Below are positions 15,310-27,022 of a DNA stretch of 64,000 nucleotides, piece by piece. The DNA is from Phyllosticta citribraziliensis. Lineage: Eukaryota. Position 1 is the first letter of the stretch. Each line of letters begins with the position of its first letter. The stretch lies in assembly GCF_038025025.1 (NCBI RefSeq), contig NW_027117343.1, forward strand, positions 2,046,001-2,110,000, in the 5' to 3' direction. A program made the position numbers and the translations under genes. The notes beneath the pieces are model-generated. The model did no database searches. It was given only the letters and a program-made list of their open reading frames with translations, and was not told where the DNA came from.

Positions 15310-18300
15310 ATGTCTTCCAAGAGCAAGTGGAGGGGCAAAATATTCCAGACGGAGGAGCATGTCGCCGAAAAGGCTCAACGCAAGCAGGCAATGGAGCAAG
15401 ACGTCCTCGACTTTCTCAAGCCCTCGACCGAAAAGGGCTCTCCCAAGGCGCCTCGTATAGATGTAGCCGCTGCTCAAAGATGGCCAGCCGCCGCTTCGTT
15501 GCTATCCAAGGCAAACACGTCCCAAAAGAATCTCTCCTCGTCCCTACCATCCTCGATGCGCGGATCGGACCGCCCGTCACGACCCAGGGCCAAGACCTTG
15601 ACCGTGGGCTTTCTCAACAAGGAGCCCGAGATCATAGGCGAGGGGGGCGACGAGTCTGATACGCCTCCAATTGAAATCTCGCGGAGGCGCGTAGTCGCAG
15701 CAAGGGCCGCCAAGGAAGGCCGCAAGCTGGACGACGGCGAGCTGGGCCGTTCCCTTACCGTTTCACACAAGCTCGAGCGGCCAGAAATCAAAAAGGGCCA
15801 TGCGTCGTGGGGAGAGCTCTCGCCCGGTCTGGATAAGCGCTTCAGCCGCCCCAAGTCTCCGCCGCCTCAAGCCCCACCAGAGTCCGAGGCTGACGACGAC
15901 GCGGCCAAGCTCCAACACCGGAGCCAAGACTCCATATCTCAACCACTCGACGAGCCAGATTTCCGCCCAGGGCCATTGAAGCGCACCCAGACCGGAATGT
16001 CGGAAATGATGCCTGAATCTCCGGAAGACCCAGACTTGCCTCGACTCCCAGAGCTTGAAAAGGTCGCCTCGGCCGACTCTTATACAAACTTGCACGACGA
16101 GTTGCAAAACTATCTGTCCTCGGAGCCCGACGTCGCAGAATCTCTGTCTGCCAGGGTCCAACACCAAATGCGCGTCGACGAGGGCCAGGCACTTCGCAGG
16201 GGGTCCGTCCATCAAGTAGAACCACCGGCCGAGGACGCCAGATTGGCCTCAGGGTCCAGTTCGAGCACGCTTGAAATGGGATCGCCGCAGTCAATGTCGT
16301 CTAACTCCTACGGAAGACCCTCTTACGATCAGGGCGGCCATTTGGCCAAAGCACCCCGTCTGCCCAACCCCTTTGACGACCCCACCGGCCGGAGACCCTC
16401 GTCGTCTTCATCTACTGCTTTACATTCGCCGTCCGCCTCTAATACCAGCCCTATCGTTCCCGTTTCAAGCTCGCAGCGCGACTTTGGCCCCAGTCCATTC
16501 TCCTCGCCCCCCTCCGCCCAACAATCAGGCCTGGCGCCTCGTCCTCCCCCTCACGGCTACTTCGATTCCACCGTTCCCACGCCCACTCAACGCGACTTTG
16601 ATAGTAGCGTGAAGCATACTCCGGAGCCATTTGTCCTTGGAGAAGAATTGCCCGACATGAAATCGCCGGCCCTAAACGTCGAAATCCCCAAGCAGCCCCC
16701 GCGCGCACAGCAACTCATGGAGCGCACTCCCTGGAGCACGACATCGTCCGGCCACCGCTCTGACTTGGTTTCCGCAGGCGATGCCGCATTTGACGACTTT
16801 GGAGAACGCGTAGCCCACATGAAGGGTGTATTTCGCCTGACGGCCGAAGTCAAGAAGCCCATGACACAGTACACCCCGCTTCAGTGGATTCGCGCCTCCA
16901 GCTGGTGGTTCCTGAGAGGCCGCGCAGGTCTGGAAGTTATGATAAGAAACAGGCCGAGGGGCCAGCCGCTGAATCAAGAGGAGCAGCTCCTCACGCAAGC
17001 CCATGTCGACCTGGCAAAGGCTTGGTGGATTTTGACCGAGGTCATTGACACGCATCCAGGCGTCAGAGTGTACGGGAGTACGCCGAGTAAGGCCGAGGCT
17101 GCCAGGGCTGCTGGGGACGCCGACATGGGCGACGTTTTTGAAAACCAAGAAGCTGCTCTAAGCAGCCTCAAGGGCCTCTTGGTTTCGGTCGCTCGAAATG
17201 GCGTCATGCCTCCGACCAATGCGCTCATCCAGGGCCAGGATCAGTCGATTTGGGTCGATTATCCCACGTTCTCTCCAGATGCCGAAACCGTGCTCTCGGG
17301 ACAGAGCAGGTCGATTGTCATGGACTCGTCAAAACGCCAAATCAATCCACGAACCGTCATGCCTCTCTCCGACACCAAGGAAGACTTTTGCTATGGGCGA
17401 ATCTTTGCGCAAGTAGGCGTCATGATTGAGGACCAGGGCGACGACAAGATTTCTGTGCCTTGCGTCCTTACAATCATGCGCCAGCCCAACAGCTGGCAAG
17501 TCAAGGTTGGCATCTGTAGTCAGACGGAGCTGCTTACAGTGTGCGTCCAGAGTGATCCCAAAAAGGGCGTCACCTGGGACAGTGTCAAATGGAAGACTCG
17601 CGAGCGGGGCCTTTTTGTTCGCCTCCCTCGCGGTTTCACGCTGAGCGTGGATCTGAACGAAAAGGACTACAGGATGCTTTGGGGAATCTGGGACTACACA
17701 CGCACAGTCGAGGCCAGTCTCAAGCCTCGTCATGACGAAGAGCTGATTCACGACGTAACTCTAAGAGACTTGCAATACAAGGATCCGGAGAATGCCGCTG
17801 CATTCCCACCCGACAGAGTCAAGCGCTCCATGGTGCGTGTCTTTGAAAAGTTCTTAACCCTCAACGAGGGTACCGGAGAGCGCAAGTTGCACCGCGGCTA
17901 CCGTCTCCTGATGGTGACGAGTCCGCGAAACAAGACTCTGAGCAGCGTCAGTCATGAGTTCAATGGCACGCGACCACTTGTCTTTGAGTTCCGTGCCGAC
18001 CCCGCAGACCAGAATGTGCCCCTTATGATTTTGAGAATCAAGGAAGACAAGCGGAAAACCTGCACCGCTTCGCTTGCATTCCACGAGATCAAAGAACGAG
18101 TTCAGCTGTTCCAGGTCCTCAACGGTCTCCGTGTCGGCCGTGATGAAGTTTGCGCTGCGCAAGTTCCAATGACGGCATTCAACATTGAGCAGCTGGGCAT
18201 GAAGGAAGTGTACAGCCAAGGGCATGACATTGTCAAGAAGCTCCAGTGGCAGGATGTCAAGGTGATGGATGGCGAACCAGAGGAAGACGAGACGGAACAG

Positions 18301-19242
18301 TTCAAGATTCTGTCCGAGCAACTGCGCATCATAACGAGGCACACTTGCGGTTCAATCACGGATCGACTGAACCTTGGTAAGACGACCCAGTGTGTCGTGT
18401 TTGCTTTTACTAATGGATGTAGGTCCGGGTGAGCTGCTCATCAGACTGGACAACAGTGGAGGCCCACACGTTCACATGCTACGCCTGCCCCAGGACGACG
18501 CAAATGCTGCCATCGATTGCAAGCGATCCGAACCAAACGTGCCCGAGGCCGTTGCCGACTTCTTGCGGACGCTCAAGACTTCGGCCACCATTCGCTCTTA
18601 TAGCTTTCCCAACCACGAGGGCAAGTTGCCAACACCGCCTCCCGATCAATCTGCTAACTTTTTCTTCAGCTCTCCACAAGTTCCAGCTCGCCGTCACCGG
18701 ATTCCAGGTCAAATACGACGGCGTGGCCTCCACCCTTGCTATTTCGCGTCGCCGCATGGTCGTCCCTATTTACAAGCGCTGGGAGGCATGCACGGTGCGC
18801 ATCCAAATCATCCAGCAAGCCAACGTCACCCAACTCCTCGCCTTCATGGAGGACTTTAGCCACGCAGATGCCATGAACTTCCAACTCAAATCCATGGATG
18901 TGTTTGAGATTGTCGAGCTCAAGGGAAGCAAGGGCGAAAAGGGCCGGTTTGGTCTCAGGCTGGTCGACGCCAAGTTCCACTTGCCCAGGGAGCGCAAGAA
19001 GGACGAAATGCCGCTCAGCGACGTGGACGCGGCGAAGAGACGGTTTGCGTGTTTGGACATGCCCGAATACCCGGGCGAGCACGACGACATCACTCTCGGC
19101 TTCGAGACCGACGCAGGTAAGTTTGGCTAGACGACCTCAAATGGCTGTTTGCTAACGCCAAGCAGAGCGAGAACGATTTGCCAGCGCCCTACCGGCAGCG
19201 ACTCAACTAGCGCGACTGATTTCCTTCAAACGAAAGATTTGA
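15310..19242 (+). CDS. Large conserved hypothetical protein with a disordered Ser/Pro-rich N-half and folded C-terminal domains; exons 15310-18376, 18423-18620, 18670-19116, 19166-19242
   Basis: Open frame of over 1000 codons from the ATG at 15310. Three short introns with CTAAT/CTAAC branch sites keep the frame, and intron 2 is GC-AG. The protein ends LISFKRKI*. Confidence 0.88.
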
Positions 19243-20297
19243 GCACCCTGTCGTCATTGTCGTCATCATCATCATCCATGGTTCAGCCCAATGTTTTTCA
19301 ACGTTTTCATCTGCCGCGGCTTGCTTGTTTTTTTTTTTTTGGCGGCGAAAAAAGTTTTTTACTCGGACTTTTTCGGCATTACGACGTCGACGTCGATGGG
19401 AGGACCTGTCTCTCTCTCTTAGTCACCAGCATTCCCGCACGAATCTTTCGGTCGATCGGCCTGCCAGGCAGCGTTGTCTTCATTGGGACGCTGTGTATGT
19501 CTCCGCGCGCTGCTGTGGCGGAAGTTTCCGCAGCGGAAGCTTCAGCAGCGGCGTGTACGCACGCTCCCAGGCTACCTATCAAAAAGCACTACACGACGAC
19601 TCGTCCTTCCGTCCCTCTCTCCCGTCACTTCTCCCTTCTCCCTTTAACTCTTCAGCCCACTTAACCCCATCTTTCCCCCTCCCTTTGCGTTCATTCTTCG
19701 TCTCGTTCAGGCAGGCAGGCACTTTTTTCTCCTTTCGTTTGTGTTTCCTTTGCTCTTCGACCAGGCGTTGGGAGTGCGTGGGGCGGTGGGTGGAATTAGC
19801 GGCGCGCGTTTCGGACAAGCGTTTTCGTTTTTTGTTTGCTGTCTTGCTTTTTTTCTCGGTTTGATGAGGTGAGGGGTGAGAGGAGGGGTTAGGGGAGGAA
19901 GGGGTTTAGGGATTATGTGCGGAAGGACTGGAGACGTCCACATATACGTTCTTGCGTGCTACGTGGGGAGGAAAGTAGCCATGCACCGGGAGATGTCAGG
20001 GGCTCACTCATCGCGCAATGGCGAGCGGGACGGCCGGGATGAACGGACGGACGGATAGACGGGAATGCAGACTGTCTGGGCTGGCAGACAATCGTCCGTC
20101 ATGGCACGGCATGCATCATTGCTGACGCTCCGCATCGCCCCATCTGTCTACGTAGGCACTTTACGTAGGAAGAGTTGAACAGAGTAGCGAGCCAGCCTGC
20201 CTGCCAATCGGCTAGCTGTCTGCCAGTCTTCTAGCAAATTCATCTCATCACGTCACGTCGGCTGCATGTGCAATTAAATCCATTTTCTTGTGCTTTG

Positions 20298-20298
<1 letters not shown>

Positions 20299-20340
<42 letters not shown>
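20299..20340 (+). repeat. (GTT)14 microsatellite
   Basis: Seen directly in the sequence. Confidence 0.95.
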
Positions 20341-20341
<1 letters not shown>

Positions 20342-21014
20342 GACCCGTGCGGGCGTGCTCTACGCAAGATGCCTGCCGGTACCATAGGCCACCAGAGATG
20401 CTTTTTGTTTGGTCTTTCAGCGCCAAACCGGAAACAACAATGGCGTTACACATTGGTGACAACAAGTGGGAATCAGCCCTCGGCCAATATTTGACTGTGA
20501 ATCACGACGGAAAGCGCGTGAGGAGAGGATGAAGGGATTTTAGAAGTAGTGGCAGGAGATTTAGAGGTAGAAGGTGTATAGAAGAATACACATAGTATAA
20601 TGTAATATAATATAGTACCTCAGCCTCCTCAGTCCAAAAACATCAAAACTTAAAAAGGTGAAAGGGGGTTTAAAAGCGTGACCATCCATCCATCCATCCA
20701 TCCGTCCATTCCGTCAATCAATCAATCAATCAATCCATACGCATGACGTATCCCCCCATGTCCCCCCATGTCCCCCTCCTTGTGCCAGCATCGGTCTACA
20801 ACAACAGCAACGGCGACTATGAAGACCATGACAAGGCATAAGGCACAAGGCACGGCCAATCAGAACTTGGCCTGTCCTGTCCTGTCCTGTCGTTCAGTCA
20901 CAGCTCTCGAGGCCAGCATGATCCGTACGACACGACAACCCCAGAGCAGACTCTTCTCGTCTTGTCTCCATCCTCCAAAATCTCCCGCACCAACAAAAGA
21001 AACGGACGAATCAT

Positions 21015-22886
21015 CTAACCCAACAAGTCGTCTAGCCCACTGCTTCCCGTCGACGCCTTAGCGCCGCCAGCACCGCTCGCACCAGCACCAGCGCCACCGG
21101 CCGGAGGCGTGCCAGCCGAGGCGGGCGTACCCCACAGCCCGGTGCTCGTCTTTTGCTTGGCCAGATCCGCCATCGTCGTCTTCTGGCCCTGCGCTGCGGG
21201 CTTCTTGGAGCCAATGCCGGAGAGCAGATCGCTGAACGCGTCGCCGCCGGCAGCAGGCTTCTTGGCGCCGCCGCCGGTTGCGTTGCTGCCGATGCTGCCG
21301 GTGGGAGAGAGGACGGAGGCGGCGCCGCCAGGCGTCGAGGGGCCGCCCGTCGAGTGGGTCTGGAGGGCGGGGACGCTGGTGAAGTAGTTGGGGCCCGAGG
21401 GGGCGTAGCCGGCGGGTTTGGGGGGTTGGAATTGTTGATGTTGTTGCTGTTGCGGCGGCGGGGAAAAGGCCGACGACGTGTTGGTGGCGGAGCTGAGGGC
21501 CGGCGTGACGCGCGCGGTGCTCGAGGCGGAGGTGGTGGGCGAGTTGATGCTGGAAAAGAGGTCGTTGATGCTGGACGACTGCGTGCCGGAGCGCGGCTGT
21601 GGCGACGCGATTTGCGGCGTGGTGGAGGTGGGCGGAGGCAGTACGAACGAACTGCTGCCAGCAGGCTTTGGAGCCGCGCTGCTCGCAGCGGGCGCGGGGG
21701 TTGCGGATTGAAAGTCGTCAAAGTCGTCGTCGTCGGCTCCGCCAGACTGCAAGGATCCAAAGTCGTTTGCTGCCATTGACGCGGGCGCCTTGCCGTTGGA
21801 GCTTTGTTCTGGTTCGTCAAAGGAAAAGAGGTCGACTTCGGGTTGTTTTGGTTTGGGCGGCTCCTCCTTTTTGACGGGGGTCCCTCCAGCTTCTCTTCTT
21901 GTGCCGGCCCGCTGCTGCGTGTCTGCTTGTCTCCGGCCTGGCGCGGCGACTGCGCCCTCGTCGTACTCGTCGTACTCTTCGAAGCGATCCCGCCTGCTGC
22001 TCGAGCCCGAGCCGTGGTAGCCACTGTCCATTTCTCCGCCAAAGCCTCCGCCGTCGCCGTAGACGCCGCCGCTGTATGCTCCATAGCCGCTGTGCTCCTC
22101 GCTGCCAAAGCCACCATATCGGCTGCCGCCCGAGAAGCCGCCTCCCAAGCCCACACCGCCTTCAACACCAACGTACTTGTTTCGCGTAGCCCGTGCCTTT
22201 TTGCGCTCTGACCTGATGCGGTCGACGTCGCTAAGGAGCTCGGCCAGCTCCTTGGCGCGATTCCGCACATTTATACCCTGGTCCTTGCCGTTTTGGTCGA
22301 TGAAGTGGAATTGGCGCAGCATTTTGAGGAGCGAGAGGTGGGAGCGAGCGTCGTCAATGACACGTTCCGAGCCATTCTTGACGAGGAATTCGAGCAGTTG
22401 CAGGGCCTGGTGTTGGGTCAGTAAGGTGTGGCGGCGGACAATGGCAGGGTGCTTGCCTTGTAGATTTGGCGCCACTCCTCGGCAGACTTTTCGGTGAAGC
22501 GCTTGTAGATCATGGGCATGATTTCGTTGAGGAGTTGACTGCACGAGTTTAGCACTGCGTCCGGGGACCGCGATCCAGAGACTGACTAGTTGTAAGTGCC
22601 GTTGGCGATCTCCTGCATGAGCGACGACGAGGCGCCCCTGTAGCCGGTTAGCCTTGCGGAGAGGCAGCTGTCCGTATGCGAGAAACCGACCATGGCTCGT
22701 TGTTGGTAGCCTCGCGCACCTTGGCCTCCATCTCGGTGTAGTTCATGACGGCTGCATGGCATCAGACGGGGTGCTGCGGTTGTGGATTCGGGCAGTGGAC
22801 GCACCATTTTGAACCTTGCGCACGCCGGCCTTGAGGTCGTAGACTGTGAGGTTGCTCACTTTGTCCTTGAGGCTGTCAAAGTCCAT
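21015..22886 (-). CDS. ENT3: ENTH-domain epsin-related Golgi/endosome clathrin adaptor; 5 exons
   Basis: MDFDSLKDKVSNLTVYDLKAGVRKVQN/VMNYTEMEAKVREATNNEPW/GASSSLMQEIA...EEWRQIYK/ALQLLEFLVKNGSERV...GKDQGINVR. It also has DLFSF and DDFDDF adaptor motifs and ends in DDLLG. Confidence 0.95.
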
Positions 22887-23756
22887 GATGGCGGTATGCG
22901 CAAGCCGGCGGGGTGGACTGGTCGTGGACGGGGGGGAGCGTTGAGGACAGCGAATTGGTCGTGAGCAGCGGTTGTTGGCAGTGGTAGAGTGTCCTTGTTC
23001 CCTGCCGCGGTGCCCGATCCCTGCCGGTGCCGACCTCAACCCATCCACGTGCTGGGCGCTCCAGGGGCACTGGGCATTTGGTTACGCTCCAGACAAGTCT
23101 ATGACCGATGGCGCCGTTCCTGCATTTCTACTAGAGTTTCCATGGTCGAACTGGAGTTTGCACTGCATGCTCGCCGAGGAGCCAGGCGCAGGGCTGCCGC
23201 GGCAGGGCAGTCCACCCGACCGCAGGCAATGCTAGCATCCATCACGTGATCTGGCCAGTGCTTCCGTCCAGTTCTTTGGTTCCTTTGGCCGTTGGTTGCT
23301 CCATCATTCAAGAATTCCATCTCATCCCTCAGATCCAATTGTCCGCTCTAGCTCCCTCCAGTTCTCATCTTTCACCTCGAGCCATCCGGCATAGTCCTCT
23401 TCCAGGTATGGACTCGGCGTTCCCCGCCCAACGGAGCTCCGGCTTGTTTTCCAGCTTGAGTTGCAGCCAGCTCGGGCAGCCACAGTTCATGGCTGTCATG
23501 GTCGTGGCCGAGCAGTCGGTGCAGTGGTCAGCAGCATGTAGGAGTAGCAGAGCAGGCTAGGCCACAGCAGCACAGTACAGCGCAGCGCAGCGCCGGCGTC
23601 ATTGGTGACGTCTGGCAGTCCTGACGTCTGGCTTGATGCGGGCCCGCGCAGCTCTCAGCTTTTTCCTGCGGCGTTCCTCTGCACCGCCCCCCGGCCGGAG
23701 CTCTCCCCCATCACGTGCACCAACGCTAACCCCTTGTCGCTTAGTGCCGGCCCGTC

Positions 23757-24678
23757 ATGAGTTTCCTGCGCGGGGGTCCACGTCTTTTCTGCCCCTCCAT
23801 CTGCCCCTCGTCCCGCCTCCTCTTCCAAACAACAACACACTCCTCCCGTCCATCCATCTCTTCCATCAGAAACTTTTCCTCTACCTTTAACAAAATGGCT
23901 GTCAAGGTTTTCGTACGTTGCCAATCCCTCTGCCCTGCTGACATCATGCTAACATGGCCTCCAGTTCGACTGCGAGTGGGAGTATGGTGCCACCGCCCCC
24001 AAGCTGCCACCCACACCACTGACTTCATCCTCACAGGGGCCCCGAGGTCCAGGTCGACTCCAAGGGCAAGGTCATCAGCCAGGGCGCCGTCAAGGAGCAG
24101 TCTGGCCGCATCAACTTTGACCTGTACGACGACGTCGTCCCCAAGACTGCCGAGAACTTCCGTGCTCTTGCGACCGGCGAGAAGGGCTTCGGCTACAAGG
24201 ACTCCAAGTTCCACCGTGTGATTCCCGACTTCATGCTCCAGGGTGGTGACTTCACCCGCGGCAACGTACGTCGACCTCCCTCCTACACTCGTGCAGACAA
24301 TCGTATTGACGGCTTTCTTTGCAGGGCACCGGTGGACGCTCCATCTACGGCGAGAAGTTTGCCGACGAGAACTTCCAGCGCCGCCACGACAGGCCCTTCC
24401 TCCTGTCCATGGCCAACGCCGGCCCCAACACGTAAGACACCAGTTGCTTTGTACACGCGAGACGTGGCTAACCCAATCCCCACAGCAACGGTTCTCAGTT
24501 CTTCGTCACCACCGTCGTCACCTCTTGGCTCGACGGCAAGCACGTCGTCTTCGGCGCCGTCCCCGAGGGTGACGTCGACTCGTTCCGCACCATCAGGGCC
24601 ATTGAGGCTTGCGGTTCCGGCTCGGGCGCCATCAAGTACAAGAAGGCGCCTACGATTGTCAACTCTGGCCAGATCTAA
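23757..24678 (+). CDS. Cyclophilin-type peptidyl-prolyl isomerase with in-frame mitochondrial (ATG 23757) and cytosolic (ATG 23895) starts; 5 exons including a 17-nt microexon at 23965-23981
   Basis: Motifs [69 protein letters not shown] and [10 protein letters not shown]. Confidence 0.96.
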
Positions 24679-24875
24679 ATGCCTCTGATGACGTGATGAT
24701 GCCATGAGTTGCTGGTTCGATGGTCATTTGAGGGGTTGGCCTCAAGTGAGGGGCAGCTGGCGGGGCTGCGGGGTAGCAAAAGGAAGCGTAGACTGGCACT
24801 AGTCTTGCACAAAATCAACTTCACCCCGCCATGAATTCTGTTGTTCCTGCTGTGCCTGTGATTTTGACGTGCAAT

Positions 24876-24882
24876 TGAGTCA
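24876..24882. promoter_or_regulatory. Perfect Gcn4/CpcA (AP-1) element TGAGTCA upstream of the Cys/Met PLP enzyme gene
   Basis: TGAGTCA lies about 370 bp before the ATG at 25251, with a second GAGTCA at 25074-25079. Function is inferred from the motif only. Confidence 0.35.
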
Positions 24883-25250
24883 ATTGTCAATGACCACTGG
24901 CGGCTGGCCGGCTGGTTTTCCGTCGTGTTGGAGGGTCGACGCCAACCCAACGCCCCATGTCACGTCACCGATGACGGCCGGTCAGTGAGCTCGGCTGCCA
25001 GCCAACAAGTCGGCGCGAATGTCTCCGACGACGCCCACTAATTCTGGGTCGAGACGTGGGGCTCCGGCCTAACGAGTCAGGCCCTGGCCGGCATGCTTGA
25101 CTACAACACTTCATGTTTACTTGTCAACGGTAGGGCGCTTAACTTTTTTCTACGAAAGATTACTTTTCTTTAATTCTTCAGCGCGTCTGCCGCTGATCCA
25201 CTGCCTTTTCTTCTCGTCACATCCATCCACTCTCCTCTTCAATCCACCCA

Positions 25251-26519
25251 ATGGCTCCCGCAACCACCGCCGACGGCGCTCCGGCGCCTGCAGCCTACAA
25301 GCCCGCCACCATCTCCATCCACGGCGACGACTGGCTCAACACCAAAAACACCGACGTCGCGCCCGCCCTGCACGTGTCGACAACCTTCCGCTACCCGTCC
25401 GCACCCGAGGAGCTGGTGCCGGCCATCGACGGCGAGATCGAAGCCGAGACGACCGACTTCCCGCCCATCTATTCGCGGCTGTCGGCTCCCAACACGACGC
25501 GGCTGGAGGCGCTGCTGAGCAAGCTGCTCAACGGCCGCGCCATCACGTACACGTCGGGCCTGTCGGCGTTCCACGCGCTGCTCGTCTTCTTCCGGCCCAA
25601 CGTCATCGCCATCGGGCAGAACAAGCTCGCCGGCTACCACGGCTGCCACGGCGTCGTCGGCCTGCACACCAAGATGCACGGCCTGAAAATGGTCGACCTG
25701 CACGACGAGAAGAGCTGGGACGCGGCCGGCCTGGGCAAGGGCGACATCGTGCACGTCGAGACGCCGCTCAACCCCATCGGCGAAGCCTACAACATCGCCG
25801 CGTTTGCGGCCAAGGCGCACGCGCGCGGCGCGTATCTGTCCGTCGACAGCACGTTTGGGCCGCCGGGCCTACAAGATCCGTTTGCTCAGGGCGCCGACGT
25901 CGTCATGCACAGCGGCACCAAGTACATTGGCGGCCACAGCGACATGCTGTGCGGCGTGCTCGCGGTGCCCGAGGCCCGCCCCGACTGGTTCTGGGGCCTC
26001 TGGAACGAGCGCGTATTCCTGGGCAGCGTTATGGGCAGCTTGGAGGGATGGCTCGGCGTGCGCAGCTTGCGGACGCTTCAACTGCGCGTACAGGCGCAGA
26101 GCCGCAACGCGACGCGCCTGGTGGCGTGGCTGCACGGGCTGCTCACGTCGACGGACGAACAGTCAGAGGACGCGCGCCTCGTCAAGAGCCTCGTCGCGCA
26201 GATCAAGCACGCCTCGCTGCAGACGGCCGACATGGCGTGGCTCAAGCCGCAAATGCCCAACGGCTTCGGCCCCGTCTTCTCGCTGTGGACGCGCGACGTG
26301 GCCGACGCCAAAGCGCTGCCCAGCAAGCTGCACCTCTTCCACCACGCCACCAGCCTCGGCGGCGTCGAGAGCCTCATCGAGTGGCGCCGCATGAGCGACA
26401 AGTTCGTCGACGACACCATGCTGCGCGTCTCGGTCGGCGCCGAGGACTGGGAGGATTTGCGGGATGACTTGCTGCAGGGCCTGAGGGCGCTGGCGCTGGA
26501 GAAGAAGAGCCGCTCGTAG
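25251..26519 (+). CDS. Cys/Met metabolism PLP-dependent enzyme (cystathionine gamma-synthase/beta-lyase-like, YHR112C-type); intronless
   Basis: Motifs DVAPALHVSTTF, YSRLSAPN, VETPLNP, SVDSTFGPP, PLP lysine motif MHSGTKYIGGHSD, ATSLGGVESLIE and LRVSVGAE. Confidence 0.95.
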   Translation: MAPATTADGAPAPAAYKPATISIHGDDWLNTKNTDVAPALHVSTTFRYPSAPEELVPAIDGEIEAETTDFPPIYSRLSAPNTTRLEALLSKLLNGRAITYTSGLSAFHALLVFFRPNVIAIGQNKLAGYHGCHGVVGLHTKMHGLKMVDLHDEKSWDAAGLGKGDIVHVETPLNPIGEAYNIAAFAAKAHARGAYLSVDSTFGPPGLQDPFAQGADVVMHSGTKYIGGHSDMLCGVLAVPEARPDWFWGLWNERVFLGSVMGSLEGWLGVRSLRTLQLRVQAQSRNATRLVAWLHGLLTSTDEQSEDARLVKSLVAQIKHASLQTADMAWLKPQMPNGFGPVFSLWTRDVADAKALPSKLHLFHHATSLGGVESLIEWRRMSDKFVDDTMLRVSVGAEDWEDLRDDLLQGLRALALEKKSRS

Positions 26520-27022
26520 GTTTTTGCGTCGTTGTCGTGACGGTTGTGAGGGAAATTGGAAATGGAAGGTTTGATGATAGACTGCTTATGATACAGGGGT
26601 GCGAAAAGAATGACAAAGCCCCGAACTTTGACTTTCCATAGGGAGCACGTTATTCACGGCTGAAGTGAAGATAGGGAGCCGTCGTTCACTGACCTGTTTA
26701 CGCTCCAGGAGCGTTTGTTCATGGCCGCAGATAGACTTGGAAACCTATCTTTCCCTTCGACGCCTTGATGAACCAACCAACCCCTGAGTCTGACTTCTCT
26801 CTAGCTGCAATGCTTTGTGACGACAACTAACCTAGACACCACCACACATGAACCAAAAAAAACATAGACAGGAGACAGAAAAGCAAACCTGTACAAGCCA
26901 ATGCCAACCATGCGCCATGCCATGCCATGTCGTGATGCTCCAACCAAGCTACCAAAACCCTATCCAAAATACACACGCCAAACAGCCCAACCCACAAAAC
27001 AAACTTACTGCATCTTCTCTTC

